The translations under genes were made by a program, and so were the position numbers. This document shows positions 9,765-18,375 of a stretch of DNA of 64,000 nt, in pieces (within the stretch, counting starts at the first letter, position 1; each line of letters begins with the position of its first letter). The notes under the pieces were generated by a model, which was not told the origin of the DNA, did no database searches, and saw nothing but the letters and a program-made list of their open reading frames with translations. The DNA comes from an uncultured Acidimicrobiales bacterium (GTDB lineage: Bacteria > Actinomycetota > Acidimicrobiia > Acidimicrobiales > VFJN01). The stretch is taken from positions 453,297 through 517,296 of the forward strand of contig CAWJFG010000019.1 of the NCBI GenBank assembly GCA_963842015.1. Reading direction: 5' to 3'.

Positions 9765-10547
9765 GTGCGCAACGCCCTCGGAGCCATCCAATCGCTGCTC
9801 GTGCTCGGGGGGTCGTCCGACATCGGCGCGGCGGTGGCCGAGCGGCTCGCCGGCACCGGCTGCCGGCGCATCGTGCTCGCCGGTCGCCGTCCCGACGCGA
9901 TGGAGCCGGTCGCCGAACGCCTGCGAGCGGCGGGCGCCGACGTGGCGATCACGGCCTGGGACGCCACCGACCTGAGCGGTCACGCCGACGCGGTCAAGGC
10001 GGCGTGGGCCGCGCTCCCGGGCAGCGGTGGCTCCGACGACGTCGACTGCGTGCTGCTGGCGGCGGGCGTGCTCGGCGACCAGGACCACCTCGTCGAGGAT
10101 CCCGCCGCCGCGGCCGAGCTGACCACGGCCAACTACACCGGCGCCGTGTCGACGCTGCTGCACGTCAGCAGCCGCCTGCGCGACCAGGGCCACGGCACGA
10201 TCGTCGTCCTCAGCTCCGTGGCCGGCGAGCGGATCCGCAGCTCGAACTTCGTCTACGGCGCCTCCAAGGGGGCACTCGACGGCTTCGCCCAGGGGCTCGG
10301 CGACTCGCTCGAGGGCACCGGTGTCGACGTCCTCGTGGTCCGCCCCGGCTTCGTCCACACCTCGATGACCGAAGGGCGCGAGGCGCCCCCGCTGTCCACC
10401 ACCCCCGAGGCCGTCGCCGAGGCCGTCACGGCCGGCATCGCCGCCGGCAAGCACACCGTGTGGGTGCCGGGTACGTTCCGCTACGTGATGGCCGTCTTCC
10501 GTCACCTCCCCCGCCCGGTCTGGCGCAAGCTCTCCGCCCGGATGTGA
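9765..10547 (+). CDS. dprE2: decaprenylphospho-D-erythro-pentofuranosid-2-ulose 2-reductase-like SDR (DprE2-like)
   Basis: Lies within ORF 9612..10547(+). There are GTG codons at 9759 and 9765, and AGGAG sits 5 nt before 9765. Supporting motifs: LVLGGSSDIG, FVYGASKGALD. Its position directly upstream of the PRPP transferase and dprE1 supports the call. Confidence 0.7.
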   Translation: MRNALGAIQSLLVLGGSSDIGAAVAERLAGTGCRRIVLAGRRPDAMEPVAERLRAAGADVAITAWDATDLSGHADAVKAAWAALPGSGGSDDVDCVLLAAGVLGDQDHLVEDPAAAAELTTANYTGAVSTLLHVSSRLRDQGHGTIVVLSSVAGERIRSSNFVYGASKGALDGFAQGLGDSLEGTGVDVLVVRPGFVHTSMTEGREAPPLSTTPEAVAEAVTAGIAAGKHTVWVPGTFRYVMAVFRHLPRPVWRKLSARM

Positions 10548-10560
10548 AGACCCCACCTCG

Positions 10561-11505
10561 ATGAGCACCGTGTCCACCCCGCCTGCGCCGGCCGACCGGT
10601 CCGACGGCCCCGAGGCGCCGTCCATGTCGCTCATCGCGGGGCTCGTGAAGCTGGCGCGCCCCAAGCAGTGGGCGAAGAACGTGCTGGTGTTCGCGGCGCC
10701 CGCCGCCGCGGGCGTGCTCGACAACCGCGAGTGGGCGCTGGACGCCACCGTCGCCTTCGTGACGTTCTGCCTGGCCGCCGCGGGGACGTACTACATCAAC
10801 GACGCCCGGGACGCCGAAGCCGACCGCCTGCACCCCAAGAAGGCGAAGCGCCCGGTCGCCGCGGGTGTGGTCCCTGTGCCGCTGGCGTACGGCCTCGGCG
10901 TGCTGCTGCTGGCCGGGGCCCTGGCGTTGGCGTCCACCGTCAACGCCAACCTCGTCTACGCCACGCTCGGCTACATCGCGCTCACGACCGCCTACTCGGC
11001 GTACCTCAAGCACGTCGCGGTGGTCGACCTCGTGGCGGTGGCCGCCGGCTTCGTGCTCCGGGCGGTCGCGGGCGCCGCGGCCACCGAGGTACCGATCTCC
11101 GACTGGTTCTTCATCGTCACGAGCTTCGGGGCGCTGTTCATGATCTCGGGCAAGCGCGCCGCCGAGTCTCGCGAGATGGGCGAGGGCGCCCGCGACTTCC
11201 GGGCCGTGCTCGAGGCGTACTCGCCGAGCTACACCGCGTACCTCCGGGCCGTCACCTCGGGGGCGGTCCTCGTGGCCTACTGCCTCTGGGCGTTCGAGAA
11301 GGCCGAGGCGGTCGCCGACCCGTCGTTCGTGCCGTGGTACCAGCTCTCGATCCTGCCGTTCGTGATGGCGGTGCTCCGCTACGCGCTCGTGCTCGACCAG
11401 GGGAAGGGGTCGGCGCCCGAAGAGATCGTGCTGTCCGACCGGCCGCTCCAGCTCATCGGCATCGCGTGGGCGGTGGTGTTCGCACTGGGGGTGTACACGG
11501 GGTGA
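10561..11505 (+). CDS. decaprenyl-phosphate phosphoribosyltransferase (UbiA superfamily, Rv3806c-like)
   Basis: ORF 10561..11505(+). Supporting sequence: PKQWAKNVLVFAAPAAAG, YYINDARDAEADRLHPKKAKRPVAAG. The protein is polytopic. Confidence 0.8.
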   Translation: MSTVSTPPAPADRSDGPEAPSMSLIAGLVKLARPKQWAKNVLVFAAPAAAGVLDNREWALDATVAFVTFCLAAAGTYYINDARDAEADRLHPKKAKRPVAAGVVPVPLAYGLGVLLLAGALALASTVNANLVYATLGYIALTTAYSAYLKHVAVVDLVAVAAGFVLRAVAGAAATEVPISDWFFIVTSFGALFMISGKRAAESREMGEGARDFRAVLEAYSPSYTAYLRAVTSGAVLVAYCLWAFEKAEAVADPSFVPWYQLSILPFVMAVLRYALVLDQGKGSAPEEIVLSDRPLQLIGIAWAVVFALGVYTG

Positions 11506-12884
11506 CCGTCGAACCGGGGGGCGAGCGACGCGAGGTGGTGACCGGTTGGGGGCGCAACCCCCGCTCGGCCGCGCACGTGGTGCACGCGACCAGCCCCGAC
11601 GAGCTGGCGATGGCCGTCAAGGCCGCCGGCCCCCGCGGCGCGATCGCCCGTGGCCTCGGAGCCTCGTACGGCGATGCCGCCATGAACGCCGGAGGCACGG
11701 TCGTGTGCTCGACCGACGTCTCCGGGCTGCTCGAGCTCGACAACACCGCGGGCACGGCCCGCGTCCTGGCCGGCACGTCGATCGACGACCTGCTGCGGGC
11801 GATCGTCCCGCAGGGCTGGTTCGTCCCGGTCACCCCTGGAACCAAGTACGTGACCATCGGCGGGGCGATCGCGGCCGACGTCCACGGCAAGGACCACCAC
11901 GCCACCGGCAGCCTCGGCGCCCACGTGCGGTCGATGGTGCTCGCCCTGCCCGACGGCACCCGCCGGACGCTCACGCCCCACGACCACCCCGACGAGTTCT
12001 GGGCCACGTGCGGCGGCATGGGCCTCACCGGCACGGTGGTCGAGGCCACGATCGACCTGCACCCGATCGAGACCAGCCTGCTCTCGGTCGACAGCGACCG
12101 GGTGCCCGACCTCGACACGCTGCTGGCCCTGCTGTCCGAGGGCGGCCGCCGGCACCGCTACTCGGTGGCGTGGGTCGACCTGCTGGCTCGCGGCCGGTCG
12201 CTCGGCCGCTCGGTTCTCACGCAGGGCGACTTCGCCACCGTGGCCGACCTGCCGGCGCGGCGGCTGCGTGACCGGAGCCCCCTGGAGTACTCGGCGCCGC
12301 CCACGATCACCGCCCCGCCGGTGGTGCCGAGCGGGGTCCTCAGCCGGCCGAGCATCCGGGCGTTCAACGAGCTCTGGTACCGCAAGGCCCCGCGCTCGCG
12401 GCGCGACGAGCTGCAGTCGATCGACAAGTTCTTCTACCCGCTCGACATGGTGCGCGAGTGGAACCGCCTGTACGGGCCCCGCGGCTTCCTGCAGTGGCAG
12501 TGCCTGGTTCCCTTCGGGGAGGAGGCGGTGCTGCGCGGCATCGTCGAGGCGCTGTCCGACCACCAGGCCCCCAGCTTCCTGTCGGTGCTGAAGTACTTCG
12601 GCGAGGCCGACCCGGGCCCGCTGTCGTTCCCCGGCCCAGGGTGGACGCTCACCCTCGACGTGCCCACCAGCGTCGGCGGCCTCCTCCCGCTTCTCGACCG
12701 CCTCGACCGGCGGGTCGCCGACGTCGGAGGGCGGCTCTACCTGGCCAAGGAGAGCCGCATGCGCCCCGAGCTGGTGCCGGCCATGTACCCCCGCCTCGAC
12801 GAGTGGCGCCAGGTGCGGGATCGCATGGACCCCGACCGCCGCTTGGCCAGCGACCTGGCCCGCCGGCTCGACCTGCTGGGCTGA
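11502..12884 (+). CDS. dprE1: decaprenylphosphoryl-beta-D-ribose 2'-oxidase-like FAD enzyme (DprE1-like)
   Basis: This is the 3' part of ORF 10668..12884(+). The GTG at 11502 overlaps the upstream stop (GTGA). Supporting sequence: GWGRNPRSAAHVV, RGLGASYGDAA, GGAIAADVHGKDHH, GGRLYLAKESR. Confidence 0.8.
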   Translation: MTVEPGGERREVVTGWGRNPRSAAHVVHATSPDELAMAVKAAGPRGAIARGLGASYGDAAMNAGGTVVCSTDVSGLLELDNTAGTARVLAGTSIDDLLRAIVPQGWFVPVTPGTKYVTIGGAIAADVHGKDHHATGSLGAHVRSMVLALPDGTRRTLTPHDHPDEFWATCGGMGLTGTVVEATIDLHPIETSLLSVDSDRVPDLDTLLALLSEGGRRHRYSVAWVDLLARGRSLGRSVLTQGDFATVADLPARRLRDRSPLEYSAPPTITAPPVVPSGVLSRPSIRAFNELWYRKAPRSRRDELQSIDKFFYPLDMVREWNRLYGPRGFLQWQCLVPFGEEAVLRGIVEALSDHQAPSFLSVLKYFGEADPGPLSFPGPGWTLTLDVPTSVGGLLPLLDRLDRRVADVGGRLYLAKESRMRPELVPAMYPRLDEWRQVRDRMDPDRRLASDLARRLDLLG

Positions 12885-12906
12885 CGGCCGGCCTCGGCCC
12901 GGGCGC

Positions 12907-13758
12907 TCAGGTCGTGATGCGGGCGACCAGGCGGTCGAGGCTCTCGCGGTAGTGCGGCAGCAGGGGGAGACCGGCGAGGCGCAGTGCGGCGTTGTCGAGC
13001 ACCGAGTTGGCCGGACGAGGCGCGGGTCGGGGCGGGTCGAGGTCGGCCGTCTTGATCGGGCGGACCTTGGCCGGGTCGTGGCCGGCCGACTCGAGGATGG
13101 CGGCGACGAACTCGTACCAGCTCACCGCCCCCTGGTTGGTCATGTGGAACAGGCCGGGCACCCGGGCCGCCGCCAGGCGGCGCATGCCGACCGCCAGGTC
13201 GGCCGTGAACGTGGGATGGCCCCGCTGGTCGTCGACGAACGCGAGCTCGGGCCGCTCCGCCAGCTTGAGCACGGTCTTGACCATGTTGTTCCCGTACTCG
13301 CCGCAGACCCACGACACCCGCGCGATGGCGGCTCCCGGAGCGTGGAGGGCGATCTCGTGCTCGCCACCCCACTTGGAACGCCCGTACACCGACTGCGGGT
13401 TGGGTCGATCCCACTCGACGTAGGGGTCGTCCTTGGTCCCGTCGAACACGTAGTCGGTCGACACGGCCACGAGGTGGGCGCCGACCCGGCGGCTGGCGTC
13501 GGCCACCCACCGGGTGGCCAGCGCGTTGACCCGGTATGCCGTGTCGGGATCGCTCTCCGCGGCGTCGACCGCGGTGTACGCGGCGGCGTGCAGCACCACG
13601 TCGGGGCGCACCCCGGTGATCGCCTGGTAGACGGCGTCGCGGTCGCCGATGTCGAGCGTGGCGTGCGTGGTGGCGACGACGTCGTCGCCCTCGGACTCGC
13701 AGTGGATCTGCAGGTCGCGGCCGAGCTGACCGCCGGCTCCGGTGATGAGGACCTTCAT
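12907..13758 (-). CDS. rmlD: dTDP-4-dehydrorhamnose reductase
   Basis: ORF 12907..13758(-). Supporting sequence: MKVLITGAGGQLG, STDYVFDG, SVYGRSKWGGE. Confidence 0.85.
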   Translation of the reverse strand: MKVLITGAGGQLGRDLQIHCESEGDDVVATTHATLDIGDRDAVYQAITGVRPDVVLHAAAYTAVDAAESDPDTAYRVNALATRWVADASRRVGAHLVAVSTDYVFDGTKDDPYVEWDRPNPQSVYGRSKWGGEHEIALHAPGAAIARVSWVCGEYGNNMVKTVLKLAERPELAFVDDQRGHPTFTADLAVGMRRLAAARVPGLFHMTNQGAVSWYEFVAAILESAGHDPAKVRPIKTADLDPPRPAPRPANSVLDNAALRLAGLPLLPHYRESLDRLVARITT

Positions 13759-13774
13759 GGCAGGGACGCCCGCC

Positions 13775-14743
13775 TCAGGCCTGCCCCGCCCGCTCCTTCA
13801 GCGGGCGCCACCACCACTCGTTCGCCTTGTACCACGCCACCGTCTCGTCGAGGGCCTCGTCGAGGGTGCGCTGCCTGGCCCAGCCGAGGGTGGCGATCTT
13901 GTCGATGTTCACCGAGTACCGGCGGTCGTGGCCGAGCCGGTCGGTGACGTAGTCGACCCGTTCCTCCCCCACCCCGAACAGGGCCAGCAACTTGTCGACC
14001 AGCACCCGGTTGGGGGTCTCGTTGCCGGCGCCGATGTTGTAGATCTCGCCGGGCGCACCCTTGTCCAGCACCAGGCCGACGCCGGCGCAGTGGTCGTCGA
14101 CGTAGAGCCAGTCGCGCTCGTTCAGCCCGTCGCCGTAGAGCGGGATGTTGCCGCCGTCGATGAGGTTCGTGGCGAACAGGGGCAGGGCCTTCTCGGGGAA
14201 CTGGTAGGGCCCGAAGTTGTTGGTGCACCGGGTGACGGTCACCGGCACGCCGTAGGTGGAGAAGTACGACAGGGCGATGAGGTCGGACCCCGCCTTCGAC
14301 GCCGAGTACGGCGACCGGGGCTCGAGCGGGTCGGTCTCGAGCGACGAGCCGTCCTCGACCGATCCGTACACCTCGTCGGTGCCGATGTGGACGACGCGGG
14401 GCACCTCGAGGCGCCGGGCGGTGTCCATCACGACGTTCGTGCCGAAGCAGTTGGTGTTGACGAAGTCGTCGGGACCGGCGATCGACCGGTCGACGTGGCT
14501 CTCGGCCGCGAAGTGCACGACGGCGTCGTGGCCCGCCATGGCGTCTTCCAGCGTGCCGGGGTCGCAGATGTTGCCCTTGGCGAAGCTGTACCGGGGGTCG
14601 TCGTCGACGTCCTTGAGGGTCGAGAGGTTCCCCGCGTAGGTGAGGGCGTCGTAGACGGTGACCTCGTCGTCGGTGTTGGCGAGGACCCATCGGACGTAGT
14701 TCGAGCCGATGAACCCGGCGCCGCCGGTGACGAACTGCTTCAT
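13775..14743 (-). CDS. rmlB: dTDP-glucose 4,6-dehydratase
   Basis: ORF 13775..14743(-). Supporting sequence: MKQFVTGGAGFIGSNYV, HFAAESHVDRS, SPYSASKAGSD, NNFGPYQFPEK. Confidence 0.9.
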   Translation of the reverse strand: MKQFVTGGAGFIGSNYVRWVLANTDDEVTVYDALTYAGNLSTLKDVDDDPRYSFAKGNICDPGTLEDAMAGHDAVVHFAAESHVDRSIAGPDDFVNTNCFGTNVVMDTARRLEVPRVVHIGTDEVYGSVEDGSSLETDPLEPRSPYSASKAGSDLIALSYFSTYGVPVTVTRCTNNFGPYQFPEKALPLFATNLIDGGNIPLYGDGLNERDWLYVDDHCAGVGLVLDKGAPGEIYNIGAGNETPNRVLVDKLLALFGVGEERVDYVTDRLGHDRRYSVNIDKIATLGWARQRTLDEALDETVAWYKANEWWWRPLKERAGQA

Positions 14744-14797
14744 GCCTGTGCGCTCCTCGAAAGACGGACGGACGAGTCTTACATGCCGGCGTGGTCC

Positions 14798-15993
14798 TCA
14801 GCCCACCGGCAGGCCGAGGTCACGGGCGATGACCAGCCGCTGGATCTCGCTGGTGCCCTCGCCGATCTCGAGGATCTTGGCGTCCCGGTACTGGCGGGCC
14901 ACGAGGGTCTCGTCCATGAACCCGTAGCCCCCGAACACCTGCGTGGCCATGCGCGTGGCCGTCACCGCCCCCTCGGTGGCGTAGAGCTTGGCCATCGCCG
15001 CCTCCCGCTTGTACGGGCGCCCGGCGTCTCGCAACCAGGCCGCCTGGTAGGTCAGCAGGCTCGCCGTCTCGGCCATCACGGCCATGTCGGAACACGCGAA
15101 CGCCACCGCCTGGTTGGCCCCGATCGGGCGGCCGAACGCGTGGCGCTCGCCCGCGTAGGCCACCGACTGCTCGAGGCAGCACCGGATGACCCCGACCGCC
15201 AGCGCGGCGATGGCGATGCGCCCCTCGTCCAGGATCTGGAGGAACTGGGCGAAGCCCCGGCCGCGCTCGCCCAGCAGGTTCCCGGCGGGCACGCGGCAGT
15301 CGGAGAACGTGAGCCCGTGGGTGTCGGAGGCGTGCCAGCCCATCTTGCGGTAGGGCGGCTGCACGGTGAGGCCCGGCGTCCCCGCGGGGACGATGATCGT
15401 CGAGATCTCGGGCGTGCCGGCCCCCGTCCCGCCGGTGCGGGCGGTGACCGTGACGAGCGCGGTGATGTCGGTGCCCGAGTTGGTGATGAACGCCTTCTCG
15501 CCGTTGATCACCCACTCGCCGGCGCGGCCGTCGCCCTCGCCCTCGCCGTCGACGTCGCCCTCGAGCACGGCGGTCGTGCGGGTCCCCCCGGCATCGCTGC
15601 CCGCGTCGGGCTCGGTGAGCCCGAACCCGCCGAGGGCCCGACCGGTGCAGAGGTCGGGCAGCCACGTCTGCCGCTGCTCCTCGGTGCCGAACCGGAAGAT
15701 CGGGTTGGCGCCGAGGCCGACGCCGGCCTCGAGCGTGATGGCGAGCGACTGGTCGACCCGACCCGAGCTCCTCGATGGCGATGCACAGCGATGGTGAGGT
15801 CGGCGCCCCCGCCGCCGTACTCCTCGGGGAACGGGATGCCGAACAGGCCCAGGTCGCCCATGCCCCGCACGACGTCCGTGGGGAACGTGTGGTCGGCGTC
15901 CCAGCGCTCGGCGTGCGGCGCGATCTCGCCCTCGGCGAAGTCGCGCACCAGCTTGCGAACGGCCTGCTGCTCATCGGTGAACTCAACGTGCAC
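14798..15993 (-). pseudogene. acyl-CoA dehydrogenase carrying two +1 insertions (real pseudogene or sequence error)
   Basis: The N-terminus is in the frame of ORF 15508..16263 (GTG at 15993, VHVEFTDEQQAVRKLVRDFAEGEIAPH...EEYGGGGADLT). The middle (SLCIAIEELG) is in the frame of ORF 14820..16025. The remainder (RVDQSLAITLEAG...IGEGTSEIQRLVIARDL) is in the frame of ORF 14798..15568. Total length is 3n+2. Confidence 0.8.
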
Positions 15994-16059
15994 CCTGGCG
16001 ATGGTAGGGCCGCGAAACCGGGCACGGGCCGTGGCGCGAGGCGCCCCTATCCTCGCCGC

Positions 16060-17100
16060 GTGGTCGATCACCCTGCGCCTCTCGCCGTCGTCGGCGGCCG
16101 ACTCCTCACCGGGTTGGTCGACGTGACGTCCGACCTGGCCGCCCTCGAGGGCCGGGGGCTGTGGGCCGTGGTGCTGCCGTTCGAGGGACGACCGGTGCTG
16201 GCCCGCTTCGCCGAGTCCCGCCCGGCCCGCCCGTGGCCAGGCGCCCCGTGGCGGGGACCCCACCCGTCGGCGTGGACGACGTCGCTCGACCGCACCGCCT
16301 TCTGCGCGGGGGTCGAGGCGATCCGTCGCGCCATCGCCGCGGGCGACGTCTACCAGGTCAACCTCACCCGCCGGCTGTCGGCCCCGCTACCGCCCGACGC
16401 CGACATCGCCGCCCTCGGGGCCGCCCTCGGGTACGGGAACCCGGCCCCGTATGCCGCCGTCGTGCGCGTGCCCTCGGCGGGCTGCCACGTCGCGTCGGCC
16501 TCGCCCGAGCGGTTCCTCCGGCGTGACGGCGACCGGGTGACGTCGTCGCCCATCAAGGGCACCGCCGCCGACGCCGCCGCGTTCCTCCCCAAGGACCGGG
16601 CCGAGAACGTGATGATCGTCGACCTCGTGCGCAACGACCTGGGGCGCGTGTGCGAGTGGGGGTCGGTCGAGGTGCCGGCGCTGTGCGCGGTCGAGCAGCA
16701 CCCCGGCCTCGTCCACCTGGTGTCGACCGTCACCGGCCGGCTGCGCGCCGGCGTCACCTGGGCCGACGTGGTCGCCGCCACGTTCCCGCCGGGGTCTGTC
16801 ACCGGAGCGCCCAAGCTGGCCGCCCTCGACCACATCGCCCGGCTCGAGACCGCCTCCCGGGGGGTCTACTGCGGCGCGGTCGGCTGGGTGGACGCCGAGG
16901 CCCGCCGCGGCGAGCTCAACGTGGCCATCCGCACGTTCTGGGTCGAGGACGGGCGGCTGCACTTCGGCACCGGCGGCGGCATCACCTGGGACTCGACCCC
17001 CGACGGCGAGTGGGCCGAAACCGAGCTCAAGGCCCGGAGGCTGCTGGCGGTGGCGTCGGGCGGAACGACATCAGCCGCCCGCCCGATGTCCCGACGATGA
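16060..17100 (+). CDS. pabB: aminodeoxychorismate synthase component I-like chorismate-binding enzyme
   Basis: Lies within ORF 15775..17100(+), with a GTG at 16060. Supporting sequence: GDVYQVNLTRRL, SASPERFL, SSPIKGT, RAENVMIVDLVRNDLGRV, PPGSVTGAPK, RGVYCGAVGW. Confidence 0.7.
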   Translation: MVDHPAPLAVVGGRLLTGLVDVTSDLAALEGRGLWAVVLPFEGRPVLARFAESRPARPWPGAPWRGPHPSAWTTSLDRTAFCAGVEAIRRAIAAGDVYQVNLTRRLSAPLPPDADIAALGAALGYGNPAPYAAVVRVPSAGCHVASASPERFLRRDGDRVTSSPIKGTAADAAAFLPKDRAENVMIVDLVRNDLGRVCEWGSVEVPALCAVEQHPGLVHLVSTVTGRLRAGVTWADVVAATFPPGSVTGAPKLAALDHIARLETASRGVYCGAVGWVDAEARRGELNVAIRTFWVEDGRLHFGTGGGITWDSTPDGEWAETELKARRLLAVASGGTTSAARPMSRR

Positions 17101-18301
17101 GGCGGCCGCCGCTGACGATCGGGCCCGTCACCGAGCTTCCGAGGGCGTGCGACCACACCGGAGCGCAGGTGGCGGCGCCGCACCCGGCAGCGTCGAACGC
17201 CTGGATCTCGCCGGTGTCGGTGCCGACGTAGAGCACACCACCCGCGATCGCCGGCTGCGAATACGTCACGCCACCCGTCGACGCCGTCCACACGGGGCCA
17301 CACGTCGGTGCGCCACAGCCGTCGGCCGCGAGGACCTGCACGTCGCCGGAGTACACCGGGACGTACAGCAATCCATTGGCGAGGGACGGCTGGGTCCTGA
17401 TCCGAGCGCCGAGGGAGGCGGTCCACCGCACCGCGCCGGACGCGGCGTCGATGGCGTAGACGGCCCCGGTGTCGGTGCCCACGTAGACGACCTCCTCGCC
17501 CGGCCCGATCAACGGCGCGGTGGCCTCCGGGAACTCGGACGTCTCGGCGATGGGCGTCACCCACAGGGGGCAGGCGTACACCGGGTTGTCCGCGGGGCCA
17601 CACGTCGCCGGCTGGTGGGGACCGAAGGCCCGGATCGCGGTCCCCGAGGTCGCGTCGCCCGGGGTCGTGGCCATCAGGCCGAAGCCGGACGCATACACCC
17701 TGTTCGTGCCCAAGGACGTGCGCACGTACTCGGTGAACGGGTTGGCGGTGATGAGCGTCACCCCGCCCCATTCCGTGTCGGGGGCGTCGGGATCCTCGAC
17801 GCTGAAGCTATACGTCGCGCTGGTGAAGTTGCTGTCCGTGACCGCCTGCTCCACCAGGGCCCGCGTGCCGTCGAAGCCCGCGACCTGGCCGTCGAAGCCC
17901 TGCGGCTGGGATTGCCCGGTCTGCAGGTCGTACGAACCCGTCGTTGACGAGAGCACGGTCTGCGATTGGTAGACGGCCCCGTCGGAGATCACGGGGGCAC
18001 CTCGCGGGATGCGGCCGACCCCCTGCACGGTCCACCGGGAGGCCCCTGTGGCGACGTCGAACCCGCCCATCGTGTTCCCGCCGGTTGCGACCACCACGCC
18101 GTCGGCCGTCACGAGGTTGCTCCCGAGGCCCGTCACGTCCCACTCGGGCTGCAGCGTCGTGACGTTGTCGATCGTGAGGGTGCGCTCGAAGGGGTTGTAC
18201 CCCTGCCGGTGAGGCCCCTGGCCCGGCGCAGGCCAGCACCCCGCCAACGCCACCGCGGCGACGGCCGTCGCCACACCCCGCACCCATCCCCGCATGACCA
18301 T
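17027..18301 (-). CDS. PQQ-like beta-propeller repeat lipoprotein
   Basis: ORF 17027..18334(-). It has a lipobox (AVALAGCW) after a basic N-terminus. Repeated blocks such as VYVGTDTGAVYAIDAASGAVRW and LYVGTDTGEIQAFDA are present. The start could be 18301 or 18295. Confidence 0.7.
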   Translation of the reverse strand: MVMRGWVRGVATAVAAVALAGCWPAPGQGPHRQGYNPFERTLTIDNVTTLQPEWDVTGLGSNLVTADGVVVATGGNTMGGFDVATGASRWTVQGVGRIPRGAPVISDGAVYQSQTVLSSTTGSYDLQTGQSQPQGFDGQVAGFDGTRALVEQAVTDSNFTSATYSFSVEDPDAPDTEWGGVTLITANPFTEYVRTSLGTNRVYASGFGLMATTPGDATSGTAIRAFGPHQPATCGPADNPVYACPLWVTPIAETSEFPEATAPLIGPGEEVVYVGTDTGAVYAIDAASGAVRWTASLGARIRTQPSLANGLLYVPVYSGDVQVLAADGCGAPTCGPVWTASTGGVTYSQPAIAGGVLYVGTDTGEIQAFDAAGCGAATCAPVWSHALGSSVTGPIVSGGRLIVGTSGGRLMSFRPTPPPAASGP

Positions 18302-18375
18302 CCCCCCGGTCGGACGCACGGATCGTAGCCCCATCTCGTTCGACGGCGCCCGGCCGAGTGCGCTTGCATGCGGCC

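Noticed and set aside
12885-12906. The short GC-rich spacer between convergent dprE1 and rmlD, considered as a bidirectional terminator
   Set aside because: It is only 22 nt long. The possible stem (ggcc...ggcc / gggc) is too short and ambiguous to call.
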